Made by a program: the position numbers and the translations under genes. Source: Phoronis australis (lineage: Eukaryota > Animalia > Phoronida). From it: DNA of 64,000 nucleotides. Location of the stretch: NCBI GenBank assembly GCA_002633005.1, contig NMRA01000362.1:310001-374000 (forward strand), written 5' to 3'. Numbering within the stretch: the first letter of the stretch is position 1; each line of letters starts with the position of its first letter. The notes under the pieces were generated by a model that did no database searches, had not been told where the DNA came from, and saw only the letters and a list, made by a program, of their open reading frames with translations. This document shows, piece after piece, positions 36,767 through 50,201 of this stretch.

Positions 36767-39700
36767 ATGTCTGCCTCTTTGTTCGTTCTCTTCTTCATTA
36801 TACGACTGGCTTCAAGTTGGGCGCGTACTAATGGTAAGAGTCGTCAGTAATAATAGCGTACATAGTGCTATAGGCGGCAACAGGCTTGCCCATAGTTCTT
36901 CAAGAAACGGTTCACGGTTATCAGGATATCTTTCCATTATTACCCTCCGCAGTCACCAACAGAATTTGTCTTGCCTCTGGAAATTTTGACCGATTTACAG
37001 ATTTATTTCGCTTACTAGATGCTTTTTGGACTTGTGTATCGTGTTAATATTTGACATTAAAGGCGCCCTCTATGAATAAAATGCGCAAAGTTGATCAGAA
37101 TTACACGTATTTAACCCAGTTCTTAGGAGCTTCTTCATTATTTTGCTTTTATTTTCGCTGTTGAACCATGTAAACATCAGAAATTGTATAGGCATGATGT
37201 CTCACAGTACAGTACTCTGGTAATAATTTCTTGCAAACCCTGGCAATTATTGTAATTCGATCGTCGGGTTTCAGAGCAGATTTTTTTTGGTGATTTGCGA
37301 CGGCTCAAGATAATTCGCAAAATGTTGTGCCATGCTTAGGTCAAATCGTAAAATCAACCAAAATTAGGCATGAATGTCAATCCTTTTCTTGAAGAGTAAT
37401 GAAAATTGCATTACAAAAAACAACTTTTGGTTGAGACCACGTGTCATTTTGAAATTGGTCTCAAAGTGTTCTTTAGTTGAATTGAAGGTGATTTCAGAGC
37501 ATAGAAAGAGTTGGCAATTCTTTATTGCCTGAGATCTGGGGCCTGTTCCAAGAAACTTGCTTAAGTTCATTTTTTACTTAAGTTTAAGATTTGTCTTAAC
37601 TTTCAAACTTTGAAACTTCTACATTTGGTAAGTTATTCAAAATTAAGACAAAACTTATGTCAAACACTTATTAGTGAAACTTAAAATCTCTTTCTTGAAT
37701 TGGTTTTGAAACAAATTTAACTTTTATTTTAAAAGTCGCTAAAATTTAAGATTTGTCTTAGCTAAGTCAGTTTTGTTGGAACGGGCCCCAGGTCTACATT
37801 TTGGCTCGTAATGGCGAGTCATTTTATACGCTAAATATGTTCTCAAGGAATAACTAACTGACAGTTGTTTCCAAAGCCTGGAGACTTTTCTCGTCTGATT
37901 AGAGTTTGTAACCACGCCAACATTTTTGTTTTCAGAGCAAAGGCTTTATAAGGTCATTGGAGATAACGATTACACTAAATGCCCTCCGCACTCAGAACAT
38001 TGCTTAGTTCGAGCCTCGACCCAGTGCAACAAGTCTGCATCCTCACCTTGGAGTGGCAAAGAATTTCGTAACATATACAACGCGGGATACCTGAGCTGTT
38101 CCGACGGCTCTTCTAAAACCGGCTTTGCTGTCTCTGTGACGGGTAACCAATTGAATTGGGAACTTCATCAGTTTGTGGTAGTGGAACAGGACTTCTAACC
38201 CTAGAAATGCGTGCTGTAAACTGTTATCTGCTTTCAATCTATTCAGATTATTAAATAAACACGAAAAAATCGGAAACCACAACTGGGAATTGAACCACAG
38301 GTCTCTAGATTCCCGGTCTAGTCTTCTTGCCACTAGACCGGCAATCTAAATACCCGTGGTTCGATTCTTAGTTGGGGTTCCTGATTTTTCTGTGCGTATT
38401 CGATATATTTCACTCTTGGCCAACACCACCGTCTATAATTCTTATTCATATATTATTGAATCCGTTTTAAACCATGTTCTTGTGTCAACAACACCTACTC
38501 TCATCACAGACGTAGTTGCTCTTTCAAAGCTAGGTCGTCTCGTTCTTATCATTTGCATCAACTAAAATAGCTTGCAACAAGTCGTCAGTAATACCCCCAA
38601 TGGCCATGTTGCCTTGGCGACTGAAACTGACACGCCGTGGCAAACAGTTTTTTTTTTAATGGACCTGTCCTGAATCAAGATGGATCTGTCGGTTCTTCTC
38701 AAACCTGACAATTTTTCGAGATCCCAGAATCATTCCTGATCTGAATAAGAAGCAAGATGAGGCCAATTTTATATCATTTAGTCAAAACCTGGGCCTGAGA
38801 AAAGTCGCCTCTTCACGGTTTTTCTTCACCGCATGTGGTCTAGTGAATATTGAGGCATCCATTGCTTAAGTAGGTGTTTCAAAAATGAAGGATCTGATTT
38901 GAAACTCTTTATCTCTAGAATATGTCATCTTTTACCGCCATCATTGTCGTCAGCATCATCACCACCAACGTCGTCATCATCAACACCACCGTCATCGTCA
39001 TCATCAGTTTTCTAACCAAAATGAAGACCCCAGGTGTTGACTGTCGATCATTCCGCAAGAGGGCAGGCAAATCAATAAGTGCAGCCGCCATATGTACAAC
39101 CCATGAATGCATTTCTCTGCTTGCGTTGGTCAAATGGTTACTTTTTCCTGTCAATGAATGAGAAGTCACATTACTCATCACTTGACAGTGCTTGCTGCTC
39201 GTGCCACTGAGAAATTGCGTGTGTGTGTGTGTGTCGAAACGCCCCCTATCGGTGTCAAATCTGTTTTTTACCATTTTTGCCTGTTTTTAATTGTTTGCAA
39301 TGAAAACTAGATGAGAGTTCTCGAGTTTTCATGAAGTTTATGTTTTCAATACACCCGTCTAATTTTAATCAACAAAATAAACTCTGGCTGAAGTAGGTAG
39401 TCTTACCACTACGGATAAGAAATGTTGATAATAAAGAGTGCCAGTTGACCCAGAATACAACGATTATAAACAAAGAAATGCAGTGGGGCGAGTTCTGCAC
39501 CTAGCTCATGTGCTCAGGTATCATAAATTCTGAAGAATTTATATCTCTGTATCCATTGACGAGCGCATGATGTTCGTGTACATTACGACCATTCTGCATA
39601 GGCCTACAGTAACTGACACCGGAAACGCAGACTGGAAGGGGTAGAGGGTCCCTAGGAAATGGCAGGGTAAGATGGAAAGTAGACAGAAAGTGAAATATTG

Positions 39701-42700
39701 CTGACATTCATCCACCTTGTTACAGATCACCTCCGAATCAGATGGCAGATCTTCGTTCTTACCGTGAGAAAAATATATTTCAATGACGTATATTCTGTTT
39801 AGGCTTTTGTCCTTTTCTATAGTGGTCGCACGTGCTTGATTAGAATATTTGAATTTTGCCTGTTAGGTAATTACTTGAAAGGTTTCTGAATGGACGCCTT
39901 TGTGAGTACTCGATGGTATTGTTCTTTTTTACTTCAGGAAAACCAGTAATTGAGCAAGACAGTAAAGACAAGGTTTTGCATCACGTGATGTACAAGTATT
40001 CTTGCGAGGTCGAATTCGTAGAGGTGTACCCCCAAGGTGAACATTCGAGTTATTCCACAATTGTGTGGGCGATCAATCATCAAATAATCCCTACATGTCC
40101 CGCCCACTTCACAGTTGTCAAGCTCAAAAAGCACTGTTATGGTTCTGATGCTGCAATGGACGTGCTTCGTCTCGAGTCAAATTGCACAATTGAGATGGGC
40201 GTGAGCGGGTGGACCGATAAGCCTTCAAAATTAAAGTGCATTCTTCAGAGAACCACTGCTTCGCAGGAATCCACTACGTGGTCAGAGAATTTCTATGACT
40301 TGAATGTGGGTGGTAAGCATTATGTACTCTTATTGTGCACGTGTATTTTTGCACCCTTCAAGAGTTCAGTGGCTCGTTGCATCATAGCTCTAAGGTTTGA
40401 AATCGATGTCGGGTTATCTATTTTGTTTAGCTACTGCTAAGGTCCCTCAAAAAATAGGGGCCACGGCAACTCGTAGCCACAGGGACCCCTCGAAAGTTGT
40501 GTCGACTAGGGGTTGCGGTGACTTGGTGGAGAAGCTTAGGGACAGTTAGAAAACTTCATGCTGTGCAGTTTGGAGTCGCATCTTACATTATACTTTGCCG
40601 GCACGCGGTAGGCGTACATGTATGCAGTCTTCATGTGCTCAGACCCTTTATCGATGCCGTTTATTCTAGTAAAGACTAAATTAACGTTGAACTGTCCGTC
40701 CATGAAATAAACACATTCATTAATCGATGTAATTAATCGCATGTGCTACGTTCAAAAACACGGAGGATTCACGGCCCTGATATGCCAATATGACGTTTGA
40801 TGATAAGTCGTCTGCCGATATGCCGTGTGGATTGTCAACGCGGTTAATCATTCGGTGGATAATCGTGTTCGGATAAAGCCGAGGATAATAATTCTTCCTC
40901 TGTTTAATTGAACACTTTACCTTAAGACTATTACGTCACTGTATAACAAGGAAGAAAACGCGAAACCAATTACATCAAATTAAATGTTAACTATGGCGGA
41001 CGTCACTTCGAAGATCGATTAATAAAGCCAGGTCGTTTGGGATTAGGGCAGAGAGCTGGGGAAGGACTCCCCACTAGGAAGGTACATTGCACAATGCTGG
41101 CAACGACCATGAAATGTAAACTCTTTTTGACATTTTTGTTTTATTTTCAGTCTCCCCACGCGTTCCAAATGTCCAAGTGAAAAAAGTCTCCACTAATTTC
41201 GCGAAAGTGCGCATTACACCCGACTCCAACACGAATTTCTATAAAGTACTTGTCTCAAAACTGGCTACCTCGTACCAGTCATGCTATGGACCGGGAGATT
41301 GTTTCATTACTGGGTTGAAAAACAATACGGAATACACCCTGTTGTTTACCGCTGTAAATGACTACGACGAATCGCATGCGAGTGTGAAGATTAGAACACT
41401 GGGTAGGTTTTGTGTGCTTAGTTGTTTTGTTGCCATCTTACTAATGTAGACCACAGTGTCAACGAGATTACAGCAACAGTTGTATGTGGGCGAATTTATG
41501 TCCATGCACCTGTAGCAGAAGTTATTCGTTTACCGTATTGTCGCGCCTTCAGGCCTATGGGCCTCAATCCGAAACAATGCCTTTTTCGGGGCCTTTTTGC
41601 CTAAATGGTTCGCATGTTGGTGGATGCGCCCTAATTTCTGCATAGGCCAATAGGCGCTCCCATTTTCTTTTAACGAAATAGACTTGCCCCTTATCAACAA
41701 CATGATAAGGCATTGTCACGCCTTTAGGCGGATGGGCCCATATCCGAAATAATTATTTTTTTCGCTGCATTTGTTACCTTTATCTGACATATTAGCGCTC
41801 GAGCCTAAGCTTTGGAAATAAACGTAGTTCTGCACAGACACTCATGAGCCTAATGGCGCGGTAATATGGTAAAAGAAAACCTGTTGTTAAAGTATTTCGT
41901 TTATAAGCACCTGTTTGGAAGTTTTACTTGTAGATACAGCCGAATATTCGAAGTGTTAAATTGATTGTTGCGTGTCTTTTGTCTTTTAGTTCCTTTCATT
42001 GCAATAGTTTAAGTGAAAATGAACACGGCATGCCGACGTCAGTTGTTTTGTAACGGATGAGTCAAATTTCAATCACATCTTAGTTCAAAATTTTATTAAA
42101 GTGTTTCGCACATAGACGCACTCGCCTAAATGGGTACGTGGTAATGATATTCCGGAGATAGGGACAAAGAGGGAGATACAGTGACATTGGCTGGGCAGAG
42201 ACGTGTTAAGGGGGATGATGGGAAGAGAGAGGTGGAAGGAAAAACCTGCGTGTGTGCCTGTTTCTGAGAATGCGCGCGACATTCCGCGCTTACAAGTACG
42301 TTTATGCTCGTTGATGTATGTGCGTAGAAAGAGGGTCAGGCAGGGATTCGGGGAAATTCGACTTGTTCACACAACAAAACGGACATCAGATAACTATTCA
42401 ACTAAATAACAGGCACACAAAATCTCGAGAAATTTCAGAACAACAGATAAACCATAGCTGGTGATGAAATCAATTCACGTACCAGTTTTTGTAACTATTC
42501 ATGCGCAGAGCACAGCAAACCTTTGGTTCCTGCCGGAAATTCCCGTAAAAGGATCCCACCACACAAAATGTACGAACATGGACCTGCAGTCGGACATTTT
42601 TCGGAATATTGGCCTAAGACCTACTTTTGGCACCATGTTTTCTAAAGGCATGTAGGTCTGACGAGGATTGCCAGATAATGTCAATCAGTCAATGTTTTAT

Positions 42701-45700
42701 TCAAGTTCACGTCAGGTGTCTCAGAGCTTGTTTAATCATAACGTGGTTTAGGAGTATATTTGCAACTATGCCCATAACTACCTATTTCATGATGCTCGCC
42801 GTTTATGAAAGTAACCCTGGGATTTCTTTGCGCTACCAGAAAGGTAAAATAAGTTCCATTTTCCGAACGTACGCTTTGGGGGTTTACTATCAGAAATTCC
42901 CGGTGAAATCGAAGATTAGCACCTTGACATCAGTAAGCCTAAATATGATTAGACTTGGCCTACTAGGGGACCATAAGTCGGGTGATGCATGGAAATTTCA
43001 TGTACATAGGCAAAAATTGTGATATGTATATTACGAAAAAAGCACAAAGATGGTTGGGCGACGCACCATAGGGGGTTGGGGTGCTATAACCCCCACTTTT
43101 TCAGTGCTGCACCGCGAAAGAGGTAATTTAGGAAACGTAGTCACGTGAACTGACGTGCTTGGATTGCAGACTGCAGAAGGGAAGGGACGGATGAACGGAC
43201 GAAACAGTGCGATGATGGTACGGACAGAAGAGTGCATTAATGTAAATGATTCACTACATTTTGTCTCCAATTACCTTATCCATGTCGTATCCAGTTCCAA
43301 CCCCAACACCTGGTTTCTACGTCACCGGGAACCCTTTCAACCCGGCCGTTCTGCATTGGGAAGACCTGTCTCCAGAGTTCGACATCGTCCGTTATCGCCT
43401 CCAGAGATGTTGGTCAACCTGCGTGGATGTCAAACTGGCGACTCCTTTGCAAACGTGGCATCGACTTACGACAGTAAGCAATTTGGACGAGCAGCCTTAC
43501 GAGTTCCACTTGTATTACATAGATAGTGATGGACAGGTGGTCTGGCGGAGCACAGCCAGTGTACCAGGTATTGTGTTGTTTCGTCATTAACATGCCAATA
43601 CACGCATTTTGAAACACCAAACAATACCATCTCTAGAAACTTCGGTTTTGTTTATATACGGCGAGTGACCATCCCTACTTTAATTTGCCGACTACCACGT
43701 TGTTTGAATGGAGTAGTTGGTGCAACTAGATTTGTCGTCGAAAACTTGGTTCCTTTAAGTTTAAAGTTGTCAGTTTTGACTGGTTTGAGTGGTTGTTGTT
43801 CTCCGTGCACATTCCGTGAGAACGTTTCTTGTGACAGTTGAATTTCGCATTGTGAAGGGAAACTTTTCTGCAATTTGCCCGTGCACTTTCTAAAAGCATC
43901 TATTTCGATTTCCTCTGGTTAGCGCAAAGTTTTCATAAAAAAATTTCCATCGTGGCAACTTTCGTTCTTGCAATGCCATGAAGAGCTTATATGTGGTTTT
44001 GTACTCGCACTTTCAGCGGTAATTCATAATAGTTATGCGAACTAACTTGCGATTGCGTTTTCTTTCAGTTCGCCAGTTCTCAGATGGCGCTATAATAGGC
44101 TTGACTATAGCGCTATTGGTAGCCAGTGTTCTCGCGGCGTTGCTTTTGGCTTGGCTGATTAGGAACCCTCGACACTGCAAGGTATAGCGAAATACCACAG
44201 CGATCTATATTTCAAAAAGTGTGAATCCCCCATTCTCAATATGAAGGTTTTTGGGGTTAGTTTTTTTTTCAATCTAACGGTCAAGATAAAGCCTTCCCTC
44301 GGGTTCTTTTATCAGTAGTTTTCAAAGCCAAAAATAAAAAATAAAGTAAAGAGAATTTGTACAGCGTTAAAGGTTATGTAGAATGAAGAAAAATGTCCAT
44401 ATTTGGCCACTTTTGGAACGCCATATCTCAAAAATGTGTGATTGGGTTCACATGGAACCTTCTCATAGTGGCCTTATGCAGTTTTCTCCATAGCTGTTAA
44501 TAATTGCTCCATGGAAGGTTATCAGTGAATAGTGAAAAAATTCAAAAGTTGCATGAGACGAAAACAAAAGGACAGTTTAGACATGTGTAACAGCATTTAG
44601 AATATTTATGTAAAATGAAATTTGGCCATGTTATTGTTACTGATGTTGTGTTGACAATGTACCGTTTTTGATAATTTTTACTACAAGTAACGTAGAAAAT
44701 ATATCTGAAACTAAATAAGGCGATCCAGATCCTCCCAAGGATACTATTGTTTCATGAAATGTAGAATATAAATCGGTAAATAAAACAACAAGAATGGATC
44801 AACTGAAATTTGAAATTTTCGGATGTAATAACTTCAGTTGATCCATTCTTGTTGTTTTATTTACTACAAGTACAAATGCATGGTTAGTAACTCAATAGAT
44901 GGCAGATTCTAAAATCAAATTTTGCTCTTCTTGCATAAAACATGTGCTTTTATTAAGTTAAACTCTAGACCTACAGTTCTGTAGTTATTTGGCTAAGTGC
45001 ACAGACCCGTCGATAAGGTTCTACGCAATACTTTAGGGGGATTTAGGAGCTTATTTTAGAAGTCTAAAATGTTGAAATTTGTCCAAAGTGGATCATTTTG
45101 TCACCATATTGGAAGCCGTCATACAAAAATGGAAAGTAATAAATTATTACCTAGTTTGTCCAATTTGACCGATATATCCGTCTTGACACTTTTTGTGAAC
45201 TACAGCGCAAGTGTTCAAAACGGTAATCAGGACAAAGTGGACATCTTGAGCCAAAATGTACATAATGATTCAAAATGGATACCACGAGTTAAAAACCAAC
45301 ATAATGGGTTAGAGCAGACGTCTGTAACAAAGTATTGTCCGCGTGCGGAAAGCCGCTGTTGGGTAGGTCTTCGGTTAAGATGAATTTCAGATCTTACTCC
45401 GAAGAAATATGAAAATCGTGGAAGGCAGGAAAGACACTGCTCAGTCGCTAATAAGAACATGCAAGTCACTTCCAAAAACGTACCTATAGTCTGTAGAATA
45501 CGCCTTGATTCATCTCAGCCTGTCCAAATAACGTTTACCACTATACACAACCGTTCTTTTGCGCTTATTTTGTAGTACCTTAGGCCAACTTTTTGGTCTC
45601 AATCAGTAGCGGATCTAGGATATCACAAGGGGGACCCAACATTTTGTCCGGCTGTAAGCATTTGCGCAAACCACGATTGTAGATGCGCATTGCACCGAAT

Positions 45701-48700
45701 GGGGGGAGGTCGCGAGGGGGGTTTGCCCCCCTTCCCGCCCAGGAAATTTTTCTGTTTTTCTTCTAAAAATCAAGCATTTTCCTTGATTTCTGATGTATTA
45801 TCCAAGAAAAAAGGGAAAAAAAACACGGAGAACGTGTCACACAGAAAAAATTGCGAGTTTGAGAGGCTCGAACTTACGACCTGGCTGAGAGGACGCGCAT
45901 GCTTTACCACTACACCACCACGACTTCACTACTAAACTTAGAGGCGAAGACAACCTTTTTCCATGTCATTTTGAGCTAATATAAGGTTGGTTGGTTATCC
46001 TAGACATATTTTCCACTTAATTACAGCTTTTCGTAATTTTATTAATTACTCGTCCGCTACTGCAGAAGTGACGTTTTAGGAGGCAAGCATTTCGCGCCAA
46101 TTTCTTTTCATATAGTCTGACTGTGAGAGCTGCNNNNNNNNNNNNNNNNNNNNNNNNNNNNNNNNNNNNNNNNNNNNNNNNNNNNNNNNNNNNNNNNNNN
46201 NNNNNNNNNNNNNNNNNNNNNNNNNNNNNNNNNNNNNNNNNNNNNNNNNNNNNNNNNNNNNNNNNNNNNNNNNNNNNNNNNNNNNNNNNNNNNNNNNNNN
46301 NNNNNNNNNNNNNNNNNNNNNNNNNNNNNNNNNNNNNNNNNNNNNNNNNNNNNNNNNNNNNNNNNNNNNNNNNNNNNNNNNNNNNNNNNNNNNNNNNNNN
46401 NNNNNNNNNNNNNNNNNNNNNNNNNNNNNNNNNNNNNNNNNNNNNNNNNNNNNNNNNNNNNNNNNNNNNNNNNNNNNNNNNNNNNNNNNNNNNNNNNNNN
46501 NNNNNNNNNNNNNNNNNNNNNNNNNNNNNNNNNNNNNNNNNNNNNNNNNNNNNNNNNNNNNNNNNNNNNNNNNNNNNNNNNNNNNNNNNNNNNNNNNNNN
46601 NNNNNNNNNNNNNNNNNNNNNNNNNNNNNNNNNNNNNNNNNNNNNNNNNNNNNNGTATGTGAAGGAACATATCACTCGTTCGCCTGTGGCTACATCGCCT
46701 TACATTATGTTATGTAATAAGGTGACCAGCAACCTCTTGCATTGAAGTTGAGACCATTTTTGTGACTCTTAACGCTCTCGTTTGGTCAGAGAAACTAACT
46801 TTTGATTCACAACACTTGTAGTTATAACTCTAGCACTCTGATTCGACTTGTTCCTAAGTCATATGAGTTGTAATGTTTGAGGTTGAAAAGAACTGACAAC
46901 TCGTTGGTGCTTCAGACAAAGTTGGGCGCTTAAAGTGACCTGCCGGGACAAGCCAACTTATAAAACCAGATCTCAACCAACAGCGAATTGCCAGGTCACC
47001 TTTGAATTGACTAAAGAGTAATTCGAGAACAATTTCACAACTGTTGCAAACATTTTTTAGTCTTGCTCAGCACGACATCTGTTGGCCACGTTGATTGACA
47101 TACACTGAGGAGATCAAGGGTAAGATGCAGTAGTCTGATTGGATTTCAGTGTTTGCCCAGTGGTCTCCATGCTTCAGTGGCTACAGCGTTTTCACGGTTA
47201 GCAGAAGGTCCTAGGTTGGAGTCCCCGTCGGGAGCAGAAAGTTTTTCAGGCTTATATTCATTTGGTCACGTGATGTGGCCAACAGATGGCGACTAGACTT
47301 GAAATGTTTTCACGTGCGCCGTATTGAGAATGACGTTTATGTGCAATTTCACAAATGTATGTGTTCTAAAAGCTGACGTTTTTAGGATGGAGGGAGATTT
47401 AATAGCCGCATAAAAAGTTCAGGGACCCAACGCCTGTAAGCACTGCGTAAGAAAATATCTGCGTGCTGTGTAGCGATCCGGAAAATCGGTCGAACACTTG
47501 CGCAATAACTTAGAAAGGCCGGGTAACAAGAGATATATGATTCAATTTAATGAATATGGCAGCAAATAGACTTGTAAATGGACCACGAAACACAAGAATA
47601 AGCTTTCTAAAAACTACGTCACAATTTTCAGTGAAACTCTTGTTTGGTCAATGACAAAACGGCATGTTGTGATTCAATGAGAGGCGTTCAACCGAGTGTT
47701 GGTGACAAGGGAGAAGAGCTCCTGTAAAATGTGTATACGGGATGTGCAGCTCGGACTGATTCGCTACGAACGGGTATTTTTGTCAATTAAATTTTCAACG
47801 AAAGGGTGCCTTTTCCGATTGAATCATGTACCAAAAAGACAAGTTTGTGAGTTATAGAAACAAAATGTTGATGTTTGTGAAACCAAAGTTACGAAATGGT
47901 GACTTTTATGGAAGCTCCTTCTTTTGTGATCACTTACAAACGGGTGTGATTTTTTAATTATGTATTTGTACTATTCGGTTAAAAATGGAGTACGCCCAGG
48001 GCTATGATCAAGCTTACTATGATGCGCCTGTTCTTTGCAACCGTAGTGGCGAAGATTATTGTAATTTTGCGTCTCTGATTCAAGTGTTGTAGAAAATCTA
48101 CATCGGATCTGTACCAGACGGAAAGAAAATCTGCTGAAGGAGAATTGAGGTCAAAAGTCACGAAGGAATGCAGCGACTGTTCAGATGCAGAACAAGGAAG
48201 GGGGATTTTGAAAAACTCTGTAAGGGATAAAGGGTTTTTTTTTCTTGCACAAAACTTTCTGAAAGCCATCTGGCACTGATAATAACATGCCTTGAAGGGG
48301 ACTGACAAGCCGCTTTAATCATTCTTTGTCTCCTGGTTGAGAAATTAACTACACTTCTATCTTTTCTCTGAGATAAAAAGGTGAATTTCTGTTAATTCGT
48401 TAGCCGTTTATGTACGTGCATAACCATGCAAAGTTTTCACAGGACGATACAAACTGAGTGTGTGGATGTTGTCTTCTTTTAGTATTTGCCCATGTCAATA
48501 TTTCACGAGAGTAAGGGTGTTTGTAGGTCATCCAGGAGTGTGGTCCGTGAAGTTTGTCAAATGGGAGAGTCACATTTGACGAGAAATGTTGACTAGTGCA
48601 ACTGCACCAAAAATGAACACACTTCCACACACATAGGCCTAGGTGTGCGGGAGGTTGCGGCAAAACAATAAAATTTAGCAAGGAACAACTTCCCTGTTAG

Positions 48701-48917
48701 AATAGATATGTCAACAAAACGTTTCCACCCTCTAAGTTATCACAAGCATGTGTTGTCAAAACGAATAAACGAATGCCACTTGTTAATTCATCTGTTGTTT
48801 CAGAAAAACGTGAAGTTCGGGCAAGGTACTTCCGATCAACAAAGGCCGTTCTCTGGCGCCCCCTCGTGGTCGGCGTTTCATGCCAACAGAGGATTATGTG
48901 CAGAAAGTCAAATCTAA
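36767..48917 (+). CDS. Type I membrane protein: signal peptide, Cys-rich segment, Ig-like domain, 2 x FN3, TM helix, short cytoplasmic tail (~514 aa)
   Basis: Phase-consistent GT-AG exons: 36767-36833 (MSASLFVLFFIIRLASSWARTN), 37936-38142, 39938-40312 (YSC...W...LKC), 41151-41402 (ITGLKNNTEYTLLFTAVN), 43295-43567 (LHW...VSNLDEQPYEF), 44069-44181 (GAIIGLTIALLVASVLAALLLAWLI), 45206-45222, 48093-48219, 48804-48917. Ectodomain exons are phase 1-1. The tail exons are less certain and a gap lies between them. Confidence 0.8.
37536..37791. mobile_element. Palindromic MITE (CTGGGGCCTGTTCCAAGAAA ... TTTGTTGGAACGGGCCCCAG)
   Basis: Clear terminal inverted repeats around an AT-rich, internally repetitive core. 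Confidence 0.8.
38262..38392 (-). mobile_element. tRNA-derived SINE-like head with a partial inverted copy
   Basis: Minus strand A-box-like GGTCTAGTGG and B-box GGTTCAATTCCC. Plus-strand GTGGTTCGATTCTTAGTTG at 38356 mirrors it. Confidence 0.5.
38935..39006. repeat. Degenerate (CAT/CAC/CGT)n trinucleotide repeat
   Basis: Direct reading of the sequence. Confidence 0.8.
44776..44864. repeat. Perfect 32-bp inverted repeat with a 25-nt loop
   Basis: GTAAATAAAACAACAAGAATGGATCAACTGAA (44776-44807) is the exact reverse complement of 44833-44864. Confidence 0.95.
45850..45932 (-). mobile_element. tRNA-derived SINE-like head
   Basis: Minus strand GGTGGTGTAGTGGTAAAGC (A box) ... AAGTTCGAGCC (B box), with no good cloverleaf. 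Confidence 0.45.
47074..47292 (+). mobile_element. Short inverted-repeat-bounded element with a tRNA-like core
   Basis: GACATCTGTTGGCCAC ... GTGGCCAACAGATGGC flank TCAGTGGCTACAGC...GGTTGGAGTCCC (A/B box-like, ~47165-47235). Confidence 0.5.
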
Positions 48918-50201
48918 CATATGATGACATAGACTAAATACATTCGTTGGCCTCTTTTAATGTTTTTCTTTCTATCGGGCATGTGGTGACCCTAACTGCC
49001 CTCGTAGTTATTAGCGAATGTTAGTTTGTTAATGATCGTCATTTCTGTGGATCACTGCCAGATTCAAGTCCCGAAGCTGTTGACTTGTTAGAGGGCACCA
49101 TTGTGACGTAACGCATTTTCTTTCGGTTGAATGTTTTTTAAAGTAAAATTTGCCATATTTGGTGGTAGCAGTGAAGCACGTTAGCATTAACAGTCTCGCA
49201 GAGAGAGAGGCCACGATCGAGACAGGCCCGTGGTGGAAGTGGAGGAAGTTTCAGAAAGGTATCCTATTCATTTGTAACTTTTGGAGTAATGTAGAGCCTG
49301 CGCGATGTTGCGAGAGTGATCAGTTGCATGTAAACACGCTGTAATGCTTAGAGGGACATTATCGCCTTTACTGCCGGAGAACGCATCTTGGGATTCCTGC
49401 TGGATGGGATGATAGCCGTTTTGAAGTTAATAGCGTCGTGTTTTCATGATATTGATTACAACTCACCAATTTTCGCTGTTGTCTGCCAAAGTGTAGTTGA
49501 AATCAAGCTCGGTGCCTTTAAATACTGTCTATCATCGACTGTGAATGAGCTCCGACATTAGAGAGTTAGATTGCAGCGGTGTGGGGTTATAGGTTCGAAT
49601 CCATGCCAGGTTCATCTCAGGAGGTAACTTTCCTCGCCCATAATGTACGTTTAAGCAATAGAATGACAGTTAAGAGACTGCGGGTTCGAACACGCCGCGT
49701 GACTGATCTAAAGTTCACAACTTTTGTTTATAATATTTTGAAAGAGTCAAAATTTGATTGAATTTTTTTGGATTCTTTTGATTCATGAAGACGTGCTGTT
49801 CCCTTTCAAAGGGAACAGGCTAAACAACAGTTATGTTGTATGGCATTTAAGCTATAATAAACAGCCCGAGAAATATGCAATTTTACTAAATAAATTGCGG
49901 AAAATCTGTACATAGCTTGCCCTATGTTTTAAGACCTGTGTTGTATTGCATTGAATTAAGTACAGTTGTTGTTATTTTGTTTATTTATTCAGCTTCGATA
50001 AAGGATTTCAGCGGCATCAATATTTCTTTTACTGGTTGCATACAGGGCTCGAAATATTACTATTATAACTAGGATTTCCGATTAATTGGTTAACTGGTTA
50101 TTGGACAATTAGTAAACTGCAAGGAATTTTTGAGAGCAAGTTGGGTTTGCAGAAGCTATTCATAAAGATACACTGAGTCACAGCGTGTTGCTCAAAGGTG
50201 A

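Noticed and set aside
45850-49700. tRNA genes at A/B-box-like sequences (45850-45932, 47165-47235, ~49575-49700)
   Set aside because: No convincing cloverleaf or acceptor stem; better explained as SINE-derived.
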